This document shows, in pieces, positions 50,955-64,000 of a DNA stretch of 64,000 bases. The stretch is from Azolla caroliniana (taxonomy: Eukaryota > Plantae > Polypodiophyta). The translations under genes and the position numbers were made by a program. Every line of letters starts with the position of its first letter. Position 1 is the first letter of the stretch. The notes under the pieces were generated by a model. It searched no databases. It had not been told where the DNA came from and saw nothing but the letters and a program-made list of their open reading frames with translations. Location: the NCBI GenBank assembly GCA_043228905.1, contig JBHGNT010000006.1, forward strand, positions 8,742,001 through 8,806,000. Reading direction: 5' to 3'.

Positions 50955-51351
50955 AAGTGTTGCAACTTGTCCGACCCGAGCATCTTGGTGAAGATGTTGG
51001 CAACTTGCCGATCCGTGTGAACATACCGTAGTTCAACTTCACCGCTCAGGACCCGCTCACGCACGAAGTGATAATGCACTTCTATGTGCTTTGTGCGAGC
51101 ATGGAACACAGGGTTCTTGGCGAGCTGCATGCTGCTGAGGTTATCGTAGTAGATCAGGATCAGGGTCGGTACCTCGATCCGCAGGTCTTGCAGTAGTCGC
51201 CGAAGCCAAATGGCTTCGCAGGTGGCAATGGTCGCGCCCCGGTATTCAGCCTCAGTGTTGGATAGAGCCACATGAGCATAGCCGACTAGGATGCATTTTT
51301 CCGATTTTGCATCTAGCTTTCTCCGCTTCTCATCCGGCACATGTACATAGG

Positions 51352-53193
51352 CTATGCTGCCGAATATCCAGAGCTGACACCTTGTCCCCGATCCGGTTTT
51401 GGATGTAAACGGTTGTTTGGAGCGCCTCCGCCCAGTAGAACAATGAGGTAGATCCACGTATGCCACGTGTAGTCGTCGATGAAGGAGACGAAATATCGAC
51501 TCCCACCAATGCTAACATTTTGTGTCGGTCCCCACACATCTGAATGGATAAGATCGAGCTTGTTACAGCTTCGATTTCTTTCGGTGGGGAATGGAAGCCG
51601 GTGTTGCTTCCCAAGTTGGCAGGCTTTACAAATCTGGGCTCTTCGGCCGCTAAACTTCGGCAAACCGAAAACGACTTGTTCCATTTGCAGGTCTTGAAGC
51701 CTCCGATAGTTGACGTGGCCGATCTGCTTGTGCCACAGGTTGATATCCGACTCGACCTTCTGTCCTTTGGCGAATAGTGCGGTGCCGACATCATTGGTGT
51801 TGAGGATAAACATCCTCCCATCTTTGCGCCCTTGCGCAATAACTTCGCCCTCATCCTCAATGAAGCACCCGAGGTGCGTAAACCGCACTTGCATCCCCTG
51901 GTCAACGATCTGTCCGACCGACACCAGGTTCTTCGTGATCGTCGGAACATGTATTACATTCATCAGCTTCCCCCTCTGTCCGACGTGGCTCGAAGGGACT
52001 TCTCCGACGTGCACGATCGCGTGGGGAGTGTCGTCTCCGGTTTCGACAACTCCCAGTTGATCCGACTTCTCCAAAAAGGAGAACCACTCCCCATGGCTCG
52101 TCATGTGGTTCGTTGTGCCGGAGTCAACGTACCACACTTCCTCCGATTTGGAAGTGGTCTTCTTCATTGAGTTTGCCTTGTGCTTCATCACCAAGGTTGG
52201 CCCCTTACCGTTCTTAGATCCTCCCGATCTGTTTGCGTAGTGCGAGCTTTGTCGGCCTTCCTTACCGGTCTTGCCGGATCCGGATTTGTCCGAATCGGCA
52301 CGCTTTCTCCAACACTCGCTTTCCCTATGGCCCTTTTTGCCATAGTACCAGCATTCCGTAGCGGATTTGTCTTGCCGGCCTCCGGCACCAGCTTGACTCC
52401 CTCTGCTTGTGGAAGTCCCGGAACTGCTGTCGGCACGCTCACTGTGCCTTCGTTCCTGCTCTTGTCGGCCGCCTCCATTGCGTGCCGACCTGCCTCGTCC
52501 ACCACGCCCGCGGGACCGATCCGCTCCCGTGTACAACATCCGGTTGTCTGGGGATGCACTGGTAGATGCACCGGCGTGGTTCTCCTCTACAAGGAGCATC
52601 GACTGTAAGTCGAAAAATAAGGGCGTATTCTCCCTTGTACAAACCGCAGTCCGGAAAGCTCCGAACTTGGATGCTAGGCCTCCAAGACAGACCTGCACCA
52701 TCTCGTCTTCCTCTACGGTGACGTTAATAGAGGCAAGCGAGTCACAAATCCCTTTGATCTGGGCTATGTAATCTGCCACCGACATGTTCTTCTGTCGAAC
52801 ATTGCTCAATTCCTGTCTGAGTTGCAGCTTCCGGGCAGTGGTGCTTGCGGCGAAAACCTTTTTGAAGTTTCCCCAAGCATCCTTCGGTGTATTGGCATCA
52901 CGGATATGGTTGAGCAGCTGGTCACCGACACTAGACGCGAAGCAGTACATCATCCTGCTTGCCGCCTGTTCCCACACTGGGAAGTCCTTGTGTGTCGTCT
53001 CCGGTGCTGAGTCGTTCACTCCGTCGACATAACTCCAGTAGCCATGCCCAAGCAGGTACTGGTGCATCTTGTATGACCAAGATGCGTAGTTGGTTCTATC
53101 GAGCTTCTCCACCGAGAGCGATGTAGCCATACCTCTGTCCATTTCTCCTTTTGTGTCTGCTTTTCGATCTGTTAGGGTTTCCTTCACAAGCAT
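51352..53193 (-). CDS. Copia gag-protease-partial integrase polyprotein
   Basis: KLDRTNYASW gag, degenerate knuckle, WYVDSGTTNHM protease, LWHKQIGH..CKACQLGKQ, and LIHSDVWGP..FIDDY integrase start. An RNase H remnant (TEAEY, DNLS, HARTKHIEV) lies downstream at ~50955-51270. Confidence 0.85.
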   Translation of the reverse strand: MLVKETLTDRKADTKGEMDRGMATSLSVEKLDRTNYASWSYKMHQYLLGHGYWSYVDGVNDSAPETTHKDFPVWEQAASRMMYCFASSVGDQLLNHIRDANTPKDAWGNFKKVFAASTTARKLQLRQELSNVRQKNMSVADYIAQIKGICDSLASINVTVEEDEMVQVCLGGLASKFGAFRTAVCTRENTPLFFDLQSMLLVEENHAGASTSASPDNRMLYTGADRSRGRGGRGRSARNGGGRQEQERRHSERADSSSGTSTSRGSQAGAGGRQDKSATECWYYGKKGHRESECWRKRADSDKSGSGKTGKEGRQSSHYANRSGGSKNGKGPTLVMKHKANSMKKTTSKSEEVWYVDSGTTNHMTSHGEWFSFLEKSDQLGVVETGDDTPHAIVHVGEVPSSHVGQRGKLMNVIHVPTITKNLVSVGQIVDQGMQVRFTHLGCFIEDEGEVIAQGRKDGRMFILNTNDVGTALFAKGQKVESDINLWHKQIGHVNYRRLQDLQMEQVVFGLPKFSGRRAQICKACQLGKQHRLPFPTERNRSCNKLDLIHSDVWGPTQNVSIGGSRYFVSFIDDYTWHTWIYLIVLLGGGAPNNRLHPKPDRGQGVSSGYSAA

Positions 53194-53306
53194 AGATGTC
53201 TGCAGCAGAGGTTCTCAACCCACGCGCTCTGATACCATGTAAAAGATTGCTTGCAGAAGCGTTAGAAAGAACAATACACAAAGAGAGACAGAGAGAGAGT
53301 ACGCGG

Positions 53307-53339
<33 letters not shown>

Positions 53340-54600
53340 AGACACACTATTTTCCAAAATTATATGAATACTCTGTGCTCTGTATCTACAACACGCTCAT
53401 CAGCGCTATTTATACAAGTCCACACGGGACTGTTAGAAGTACGGTGTACTTCAAGGCTCACACGAGCATTTGACACTAACTACGAGACTATAACTGCCTA
53501 GTAGTCTAACCTATACTAGGCTTCCGGTTACGGATTGGATCCGGCATACCGGCTCCCCAACTCACCGGTCCTTACTGCTTACCGGCTCGGTTGCTCACCG
53601 GCATACCGATTCATCTCGCTTACCGGCTCAGGCTTATTCCGCCAATCCGGCTCCGGTTGAGCTTGTTGCTCAACATACCTTTTCCAACTTAGCTTCTTCA
53701 AAATGAGCATCCAATTCTTCACAAATATTTGTATTCACACACTCCCAATTACATTATATAACTCTTGTCGTGCTTTCAAGACATCCTCATTAATAATCAA
53801 CTCTGGCCCAATCAAATTCTTAAAATGAGTAATACATAACTCAATAACCCTGACTGTGTCTACAACAATGTCATCCCCTATCTTAATTTGTACCACATTT
53901 GAACGAGCATATGGTGGTCTTAATCCTTGAAAAAACATATGAGATTGTGATTCATTATCTATAAATCCCTCCTTTAATTGACTTAGCCTTGTCTGTTGAT
54001 AACTTTGACAAGACAAATTCTTCACAATGTCCTGCACTTGAACTTGAACATCCAAAAGCTCTTCATCATGTGGATTATTCATCAATAGTACATTGCACTG
54101 CGTAAGAATATATGAAAACTTATCAATCAATTTCTTACGTCTTTTAGCATTAGTCATAACATACATACGATGAATATCATTGATGTTTTGTAGTGTTGTA
54201 TCCTATGCATGCCAATCCTTTTGAAATAACTTGTTCTGAAAACATGCCAAAAATTTGTTGCATATAGGCATCAAATAAAGAATGTAATAATAAAGAAGAA
54301 TTAAACCTCAAAGGAACTCGTTGAAGCAATGTTTTGAACATATCTACCCCATGTTTATTATTAAACTCAAAACGTATGGGAAAATGATCTGATGTCACAA
54401 CCTCTTGCATAATTGACATATTAAGCATCTCTAGCAAAAAGGATTCATCATGCATATCATACATTCTATCTAACCTACTCCATGTTTCCTTGTATTGCAT
54501 AGACTGAAATATAAACCCAACCTCATCTTGATGCAACCATTTCCATACATCCAACTTCAAAACTTCTTATGCCAATTTGTCCCAAACTACTTGCTCAGGA

Positions 54601-57600
54601 ATTAGAATTAGAATTAGAATTTTTATCGTCCATAAAGAGGCCAATTTTGACCTATGGGACCAGAGTATACATGTGTTCTTGATATATGTCTCCTTCCTAA
54701 GAAGGGGTATTCATACGTTGACGCACAAAGTCTCTATGTGTTAGTAAATCATACACATATGAGCTCAATCTTCTAGGTGGTGTCTTAAGTATGGCACTTA
54801 AGTTATCACTCCCTCTTAGTATGTCAGCATATCTTGAATGAATTGCACAATATGTCAAGCATGTGAAGAGCAAGTGACATTCATCCTCTATCATGCCTTC
54901 ATTGCATACTTTACATGTCTTCAAATTCGTTACATTTTGATACCATGATGCAACTTCAATACCTAACTTGTGAGATCAAGTGCGAAGTAGTGTAAGGGCT
55001 CTACGAGCATTAGTACTCATATTGGTAATGAGATAAGATTGGATACGATCAATAGGCATTCTTGCTTTATATTGAGACCAACATTCAGGGTTGACATTTG
55101 CAATGTTACAGTATTCTAGCTTTGTCCTCTTAGCATCCTCCCACTTCATCCTTAATGATTCCACCAACCTTTCCTCAATCATTCCATACTGCATAGCATT
55201 GCCCGAAAGCTCTAAAAGACCATCCACACCCCATCTTCTAAACCATTTCCTTATGTCAACAACCCAACCAGATGAGAGAATCTTACTTTTATGATTCTTT
55301 TGTAGCTTACATCCAACATTCCAAACAAGATGTGGTAATCGATGATTCGGCATATTCTTGACTTTTGTAATGTATTTATATACTCTTTGGAGTGCCAATA
55401 GTTCTATGGGTCGAACTCCCGTTTCCAAGAGCATAACCTGGTAAGAGGTAGTGCATTTGACTCCTAATTGCCTCCTTAAAAACATCTTTTGAATTTTCTC
55501 AATCTCGTTCCATGCATTAAGAGAGATGGTGCCACCCCATACTTCTACTCCATAAAGCAATACTTGAGTTACCATAGCATTAAACAACATTAGTTTTACT
55601 TCCCATCCACAAGTATCACTTTGGTTGCATTGGTTCTCCAAAAGGTAATATGATTTCCAACCGGCTTGGAGTCTAGAATCAAAGCATGCACTCCATTTAT
55701 TTGTGGCGGGTACATCAATACCAAGATATTTAAAGCTTTGAACAAATTGTATATGTTCACCTTTATATGTGAGCATAGGGTAATGATGAGGTTGGATGGT
55801 TTGCACTACCATCATTTTTGTTTTCTCCACATTCACTGCTAGTCCACTACTATGGCAAACTTCTTCTAATACCCCAAGTAAATGTTGCATACTATCAACA
55901 TCATATGAGAAGAGTACCCACATCATCTGCATATAGAAGCAATAAGATAACATGTTGCATCAAATTGGGGCCATTCAATCCTTCTTCTCTTGCAACCTTA
56001 TTCACCACTTCTTCTAATTTATCAATACATAAGCCAAACAGTGTGGGTGATAGTGGACATCCTTGCTTGACCCCCATGTTACTTAAGAAGTGCTTTGAGA
56101 ATCCACTATCCATTTTTAGTTGGCATTTAACTTGTTCATATAGGCATGCAACCGCAACTCGGTATGCTAATGGCATGTCAATGTCTACCATTCTATTCCA
56201 AAGCTCACTTCGTGGTACGGTATCAAAAGCTTTCTTGAAATCAACAAAACAACAATAAAGTGTTTTTCCTTGTAGTCAACTCTCTTCCATGATTACTCTT
56301 AATGTGACAAAATGATCCACGGTGGAGTGTTTTGGTCTAAATCTGGCTTGCCCAAGTGCTCTTTTGCTTGTACTCTCAGCCCATGTGCTTATCTTTTGCT
56401 TCATAAAAGTGCTATATAATTTAGCAATAGTTGAGCTCACCATTATTGTATGATAATTTGATACTTGATTCCTATCTCCGGCTTTAAATATTGGTTTAAT
56501 CCAATTCATAAGTCAATCATTTGGAAATCCTTGCATCATAGCTTGCTCTAAAATTGTCATTATCCAATGATGAGTGTGTGGCATTGTCCATTTTAAAAGC
56601 TCACTTGAGACGTAGGTTGAATCTGTTGCTTTCCCACTTGCCATCTTCTTTATTCCCTTATTGACATCATCAATATCGATACATGTAGTGCATGGAGTTT
56701 CAATTTTCTCAACCATAGGAGCCACACCTTCATGCATATATAACCTTTGTACATAGTCTAGCATCTCTTCATTTGTAAAGTGACCTTTCACATCTTCTTT
56801 CTTACCCTTGAGTTGTCCCCATGCTAATTTTGGTTTGAGCTTAAACAAGTTTTTCTTTTTCATCTCTTGCATTTGGAAAGATCTTCTTTTCTTTCTCCTC
56901 ACTACTTTCTTGTATATGTGCCATGCAACAATTTTTTCATTCCCCCCTTCTATGAACTTAAACCATTTGAGATACATCTTACATTCATCGTCGAACCAAG
57001 AATTACATGGAAAATTGCACACCTTATGGCCACCCACATGTCTCTTAAAACATTGATATCCAACCTTAAGGATTATATTCTTCAAATGTTGCCAATTTTC
57101 TTTAACATCGTTGCTTAGAGAAAAATTTAACAAATGGTTCTCCACTTTGCATACATCTTAGCTTTTTCGTAGCAAGGTCGGATGATACATCTCTTTTCGT
57201 CTTTCACTCCACAACATCTAGTGGAATGTGGAATTGCAAGCTCTAAGTACAATGGTTTGTGGTTTGTGGTCTGAGTCCGGAGATAGAGAACCAACTTTAA
57301 ACACATTCACCAATGATAGATCACATGCCAACATTAATGCATAATCAACCACACTTCCTCCACCCGAGGATGGTAAACATGTGAGCACATTTGTCAATGG
57401 GAATGCCTTTATACCATTTAGGATAATCAAGTTTGTGCAATTTAGCATATGTATCAAAAGTTTTCCATAATCTGACATGACACAATCCTCTAAGTCACGA
57501 ACTAGACAATGTTCTACTACATTTTCTTCAAATGTCTCCACATTTTGGAAATTTCCAACTCTTGCATTGAAGTCTCCCATAATTAAAACTTTACCAAGTT

Positions 57601-59122
57601 TCTCAAATGAAAGTATATCATGGCATAATTCTGTAAAAGGATAATCACAATCTAACCCAAACCTACTATAGTAGTTTGAGTCTTTGTGAGGAATGTAACA
57701 TGCAACTATATACAACTTCTCTTTCCCTAAATTAATCTCTATCCATATGTATCTCTTATAGTCATCATATTTGCATACTTTGATAGAATTATCTAAGCTC
57801 TCATGGTAGATACATGTTATCCTGGCACGCCCAATATTCCCTTTGGAGTGAGGCCATATCAATTTTATGAGGTAATCGTCTATTTTAGGTATACGTTTTG
57901 CCTCATGCTCCTATGTTTCAGCCAAAAATATAATATCCATACCTTGCGCTACATCATGGAGTCCTAAACCCTTATTCCATGGATATCGTCTATAATTCCA
58001 AAACATTACTTTCAATCGTGAAACACTTATGGTCCCATAGGTCATTGCTTGCTATGCATTTTGATTTGCTTTCCGAGATGCATATGCTTGCCTTCTACGT
58101 TCTTGCTCTTGTGGAGTTTTATCCTCCGTTACAAAAAAACTTGTCCCTTTTAAGTACACCTTACTACTATCTAGAATCATTGCCCTTCTACGTTCATCGA
58201 GGATTGTACAAACAATAGCTCGAGATGTCTTTCCCTCTAGTTGCTTTTTGCCAACCCTATGTGCAGCATATACAATAACATCTCGCATAGCAAAGTGATC
58301 TTCAAAGAATTTAGTAATATTTAATCCAAGAGAATGCATTCTCTATTTCATTCTCTTGCATACCTCTAATGACAATATTATTCTTTCTTCATTCGATTTC
58401 ATATTGCTCCTTTGCATCTAACACATCCATGGTATTAGAATGTCTTTGTGAATTTTTGGTGTTTCTTTCAAGAGAACATCTTTCCACCTTGTCATGATCA
58501 CATCTTCGTTCCCTTCAATTGTAGATTTTATTTCGGCATTTGCCTTCACTAAAATCTCTTTTTCTGCTTCAAAACTCAACATTTTTCTTTCTATTTCAGG
58601 CATCCTATTATCTTGCATTTGAATAGTCATGTTCTTCATTGCATGTAGTTCTTCACGAAAAGCTTTAATCTCTAACTTTTACATTTCTAATGTATGTTGA
58701 AGAGTTAATTCCCTCTCCTTGCAAGCATACATTTCGCTTTGCATATGCATCATTGTCTCTTGCAATGAGATATACATAGTTGCGATCTTTTCCATTGACA
58801 AAGTATGCAATTGATTGTTTGGGCTTTCAATCACATCATCATTGGCTTTTACTCCTCTTGGCATATTTACTATTAATAAAATGATAGAAGAAGTAGAATG
58901 TACCTTTCAATTGATTTAGGGTTTCAAAATGTACCTTGAGTTTGAGGAACCACGGGGCAAAGAGGGTTGCGGACGAAAATGCTCATAACTCCTTACTACG
59001 GTAGTGGAATTCAGCAAATAAACATTTATTAGAAATATCTCTGAAAGAGCTTTCCAGCGAGCTATAGAACGCAGATAATGATGGCGGGAGAGAAACAGAC
59101 ACACAGAAAGAAAGAAAACGAT

Positions 59123-59156
<34 letters not shown>

Positions 59157-59226
59157 ACGTCTTTTAAGAGGCCGAAATGGCCAAAATGTCTTTTAAGAGA
59201 GAGAGAAGGGGAGATGAGAGGGTAAA
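54601..59226 (-). mobile_element. Second, near full-length LINE (RTE-X-like by inference) nested in the L1-like endonuclease
   Basis: Coiled-coil/RRM-like ORF1 (58052-58864). APE (MGDFNARVG, VVDY, SDH). RT (DFKKAFDTV, GVKQGCPLSPTLF, LLYADD, FKYLG). C-terminal CKVC..EDECHLLFTC. 3' tail of (TTCTAA)n. Host frame MDSP|EQVVW rejoins with AGGA duplicated. Confidence 0.8.
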
Positions 59227-60120
59227 AGGAGAATCCATCAATGAGAATCGTGAAGTAGATTGTGAAGCATCAACACACATATTAAAATCGCCCATTAATA
59301 AACCAACACATCCCACTAATAATTGCGGATACATTGAAGACCATAACTCATTGCGTTGATTAGCATTATTGGGTGCATATATTCCTACCAACCATATCAA
59401 ATCCTCAAAATACTTGACTTCCATCACCAAAAAACGTCTGTATGGATCATTATAGAATATATGTGGACAAAACGAATCACGAATAATCATGGCAACCCCT
59501 GAGTAATGATGTGATAACTGTCCTGCATAATACGTGGAATATTCACGCAAATGTAACACAAATCCTGATAAATTATGACACTTATGTTCAACTACACATA
59601 AAACATCCCAATCTTTATCAAATAACGTTTTCCATAATAATGATGCCACTCTCCATCTTCAACATTTGGGCCATCATTATTACATACTCCATTCTCCTTC
59701 CCAACACCTCTAACATGACCATGAACTTTAGGATCTCGCTCTAACCCATGAGATGTTCCCTCATCCATGACCATATCAACCATTGAGACAATATCCTTCT
59801 CAAGGCCTTCCTTATTTTTCCCTTTGACATTATTTTCTAGGGATAGTTCACCCTGATATTGGCATTCAACCATATAATGCCCCAATTTACCACATTTAAA
59901 ACAATGTCCTGCAAAGTTTCCTATTGAAGCTTAAAACAAAATCGACCAAATCGAGATGTATCGATACTCAACCATCCTGGAAGTTTACAACTTTTATCCC
60001 ATAACATGCAAAATCTACATTTGTTCAACGAATTAACATGAGGAGCAACCAAAACTTTACCAATTTGGAACATCAATCCTAGTAGTAAATCCCAAAAGAA
60101 CGAGTTACTACAATCAACGG

Positions 60121-60490
60121 TGTCGTAGTGTAAATCGCACACTATGAGAAAATTGCATTTTTGGTCCCTCCGGATGGGACGAAGCAAGCCGGGTGAAGAA
60201 GGCCGGTGAGAGTCGGTAAGAACCGGATGAAGAGTACCCGGTGAGAAGCAAACAAAGCAGACCGGCAAGAGCCGGATGAAGAAGGGGATGAGAGTCAGTG
60301 AGAAACGGATGAAGAGGATTGGTAAGGAGGACCCAATAAGGAGAACCAGTGAGAACTAGATGAAGGAGGAACTGGCAAAGAGGACCCGGTAAGAACCGGA
60401 TCAAGCAGAACCGGATAAAGAATGCCGGTGAGAGTCTCTCACCGGATGAAGAGACAAATTTGTAAATAGAAGAAAAGGTTGTTACATACA
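60121..60490 (+). repeat. Truncated LTR-like fragment related to 50079-50954
   Basis: Starts TG and carries GGTCCCTCCG, CCGGATGAAG/CCGGTGAG repeats and TTTGTAAATA, as in the solo LTR. Confidence 0.6.
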
Positions 60491-60988
60491 TAGGGCGGGA
60501 TTCAAACTACACAATCTTTAGCATCTTCCTCCACACAATCTTTAGCATCTTCCTCATTTTTTTCCATAAAATTGGAAAGCAAAGCCTTAACAAAATCACA
60601 ACAAAGTCAATATCATAATCATCTCCAATAACATATTTCCCACCAAGAATAGCAGCATATGATGTTTTCTCATGTTATATAGAATCAATACAATTTTGCC
60701 TCTTGTAATTTTCATAACCATCATCACTACCACATCCATCAACAATCATCAACTCACTTCCTGTTGTGTCAACCATTCTAATAGAGATTGAGAGAACTAA
60801 CTTGAGACGATGACACTTTTGCTTGTACCTTCTTGTAACGATAATGGAACGTAACATCCAAATAATCCTTAGACTCTGAATGAGCTTCGGAACGAGCCAA
60901 AAACCATAAAAAACAGAGTTCTGAGGACAAAGTTACATCATAAACATGTTTCAACACTATTCTTGAAACGTCATCGCGTTTTTCGTCC

Positions 60989-61032
<44 letters not shown>

Positions 61033-61149
61033 ATCGTAATTACCTTACCCTAATGGTAAGTTGTTAACACTACAAGCACTGCTTTGTGGGTTCGAAACCC
61101 AACTTCCTCACCTCTCTATTATATACTTCTTATATATCTCTTAATTCAC

Positions 61150-61225
61150 TAGATGCCACTGTGGAATGTAGGGGTTGAACCCATGACCACCTGGTCTCCA
61201 TTGGGCAACCTTACCAACTGAGCTA
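61150..61225 (-). mobile_element. tRNA-derived SINE-like head (partial second copy ~26009-26046)
   Basis: The reverse strand reads TAGCTCAGTTGGTAAGG...GGGTTCAACCCC (A and B boxes) without a full cloverleaf. Confidence 0.5.
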
Positions 61226-61234
61226 CATCCATCT

Positions 61235-61288
<54 letters not shown>

Positions 61289-61712
61289 ACTTGATCTTCC
61301 TACCTTCTCCTCAATCATACCAAGGTATATTGATAAATGTGTGAAGAACACCACAATGGTACCACAACTAAGTGTTATCATTGCTACATGGGTAATGGGA
61401 CATGTTGAATCACTTATAGGCAAGACAAACACTCCATTGAGGAAAGAATTTAAAATTACTCCAATAAATATAATGATAAAATAGAATAGTTCACTTAGCT
61501 TTTGTAGATATGTTCTAAATCCATGTCCACCATCAAATACAAAAACATTGGGTAAACCCCAATTATAATTTAACCCCCAATATCTCAGAAAGAGGAAAAC
61601 AATCTCAGAGTCCATCTTGGGTCGAGATGTGTTAATTGTGCAAACACCCATTATTATGGAATCAAATAAGAATGTGAGGATGTTGCCAAATGCAATGAGC
61701 AATTAGACAGGG

Positions 61713-64000
61713 TATCAAAACAATTAGTACTATTTTCGGTTCAAACTGGCGAGACTCGTGGGTAGGAGATAGAGTGAGAGTGAGAGCGAGAGCGAGAGCG
61801 AAAGAGAGAGGGTGTGTGTGTGTGTGCGTGAGAGAGAGTGAGTGAGAGAGATAAGTCTTGAAATAGAAATGAGATTATATTATGATGAAACAAGATTACA
61901 ATGAGTAGGCTAAGGGCTAAAGACTGGTGTTGAACCGAATGAGTTGAAATGAATGTATGGACACTTATTTATAGATCCTTATGGAGTATTCTAGAATGTT
62001 CTAGAATATTTTAGATTTTTATGATAAGAAATATAATCATGAAATATTAAAGGAAGTTCTAGAATAATCTAGAATGTTCTAGAATATTCTAATATCTCGT
62101 AATAACTAAAAATATAAGTATTATAATCACACAACATGTATGTTATTACAATGGTTAAGGGTTCAACACATAGACCAAGAAGTTGTGGGTTCGATTCTTG
62201 ATAAGCCAAAATGTCGTCTTCATGACATTATCCCCCCTTTCGATGACGAGTTCCATGAGTCGGAAGACAAGAGTTCGGACTTGGTTTATGGGGATATTTG
62301 TCGAGAAATGCAACAACCATGTCGGAGGCATTAGCAAGATGCTCGGCAGGCTCCCATGTTTGATCATTAGGTGTATAACTTAACCAATCAACCAAATAAT
62401 ATAGTTTGTTGTGGATGATCTTGGAGTCGAGAATGGCAGCAACCTCATATTCAGAGCCATTGGAAACTTCAATTGGAGGTGGGGGAGGTGTAAGAAGACT
62501 CGGAATAGAGCTTGTTGTGTAGGGATCCAAAAGTGAAACATGGAAAACCGGGTGAAAACGCACATGAGGAGGGAGATCAAGACGAAATGTCACATCATTG
62601 ATCTTACCAAAGATCACATATGGGCCGAAACGTTGATAATCCAATTTGTAGCAAGGCCGGGTGGTTTTAATGCTACCTTGTAAGAGCCATACACGATCTC
62701 CTACTTGAAACGTGGTCGATGAATCACGTCAATGACGATCAACAATCTTCTTTTGAGTGTTTTGGGCATCACATAAATGATGCAAAAGTATATCCTGAAC
62801 TTCTTGGAGTCGAGTGAGCCGATCTTCAGCAGCCAGGTTTTTCAGGAGTTCGGGATGTTCAAGCATCATCCAACAAGGATGGTACCCAATGTTAGCAAAA
62901 AATTGGGAATATCCAGTAGGAGAATGTTCGGAGTTGTTGTAAGCAAATTACGCCAAATGTAATAAATCCACCCAATCATCTTGTTGATAGTTGACAAAAC
63001 AACGTAGATATTGTTTGATTGTTTGGTTGGTGCGCTCACTCTGCCCATTAGTCTCTGGATGGTAGCCGGAAGAGAGTTTACAAGAAGTATGTAAGAGTTT
63101 GAACATGTGCCGCCAAAATTTCGAGATGAATTGGGGACCCCGATCACTGATAATATCATTTGGAAGACCATGATGGCGAAACACCTCCCGCATGAGTAAA
63201 TCGGTTGTCTCTTGACTAGTAATGGTCTTCGTGCATGGAAGGAAATGCGCCATCTTCATAAAACGATCGACTACTGTGAGAATAGAATCAAATCCCTTGG
63301 AAGGTGGAAGATCCGTAATAAAGTCCAAGGAAATAGATTTCTATGGGCTCTCCAGAATAGGCATTGGCTATAACTAAACTAGGGGTAGTCTAGACGAGGA
63401 TTTTGAGATTGGGAGTTGGAAGCACGATCTAGGATAATATGACTCAAAACCTCTTGGGAGAATGCATCGGTCGCAATCTGCTCCCGAATGGAATCAAGAA
63501 GCCTTGAATCTCCCGGTGTGTTGATAGTATGCATTGCCATTACTCGTAGACAATCGGGACCTAAGAGGATTTGCTTTTGACTTTCAAATGCAGCCTCTCC
63601 GGGTTGAAGTTCCATATACGAACGTCGAGATAAAGCATCTGCTTTTCCTTGTTGCATCCCAAGGTGATATAGAATTACAAAATCAAAACAAGTTAAGAAC
63701 TGCGCCCAACGAGCTTGTTGACGATTCAAGACTCGAGCACTTTGGAAGTATGTTAGATTTTTGTGATCATTGTAGACAATAATCTGTTGAGAAGAACCCT
63801 CCAAAAAATGACGCCATTGTTGAAAAGAATCCACAATGGCAAGAAGCTCTTTGTCGTGAATCTCATAGTTGATTTCTGTGGCTTCAAATTTCCGTGAGTA
63901 AAAAGCCACATGGTGCAGTTCGCCATCTTCATCAATCTGGGATAGTACGCTTTCGAGTGCAAAATCAGATGCAACAACTTCAAGTATAAAGCGCCTCATT
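61713..64000 (-). mobile_element. Ty3/Gypsy chromovirus 3' half: RNase H, partly deleted integrase, chromodomain, PPT and 3' LTR (61713-62227)
   Basis: VAFYSRKF..EINYEIHDKELLAI RNase H, MDFITDLP..VVDRF..ISDRG..GQSER integrase, EYEVAAILDS..YLVDW chromodomain, PPT AAAGGGGGGATAA, then TGTCATG on the minus strand. Confidence 0.93.

Larger units (their letters stand above)
48869..53675 (-). mobile_element. Internally deleted Ty1/Copia LTR retrotransposon (LTRs 53238-53675 and 48869-49302)
   Basis: Paired TG..CA LTRs with roughly 17 substitutions by eye. TSD TACCT. PBS TGGTATCAGAGC (tRNA-iMet) at 53226-53237. PPT TTGAGGGGGAG next to 49302. RT absent. Confidence 0.95.
45850..61030 (-). mobile_element. 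Near full-length degenerate L1-like LINE split by four insertions
   Basis: ORF1 knuckle CFKCGKLGHYMVEC ~59880. APE endonuclease (VLCVVEHK, GIYAPN, MGDFN, RLDR, SDH). RT (WRPISL, QYGF, LDFDKAYD, QGCPLSP, LADD, HLGYPLG). zf-RVT CFFC..ED.THRF..C. Confidence 0.85.

Noticed and set aside
61045-61110. tRNA gene (TAATGGTAAG...GGGTTCGAAACCC)
   Set aside because: It has box-like motifs but no consistent acceptor or anticodon stems, so it is more likely a SINE or tRNA relic. The same applies to ~19700-19760 (-).

Overview
This is eukaryotic land-plant nuclear DNA. A fern or other non-seed plant is my inference from the TE families and microsatellite style. It holds two host genes: a 14-exon PA-domain signal peptide peptidase-like gene (9554-15680, +) and an intronless 3-ketoacyl-CoA synthase (21698-23422, +). 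Both sit in nested Ty3/Gypsy chromovirus, Ty1/Copia and LINE debris. The main finding is a 9.3-kb cut-and-paste DNA transposon (35585-44927) with ~36-bp TIRs and a CTAA target duplication, inserted into a LINE RT gene. It carries a Sola-like DDD transposase on the minus strand. Divergently it carries a six-exon gene fusing a ParB/Srx-like domain to a prokaryote-type beta-class N6A/N4C DNA methyltransferase, and the first intron of that gene holds nine 25-bp palindromes spaced ~51 bp apart. Both genes are disrupted in this copy. The second highlight is a non-autonomous chromovirus derivative (29124-34561) carrying a tandem array of about 24 tRNA-Leu(AAG) copies, some near intact. The chromovirus LTRs here also begin with antisense tRNA-like A/B-box sequence. 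All coordinates and alignments were made by eye and no database searches were run.
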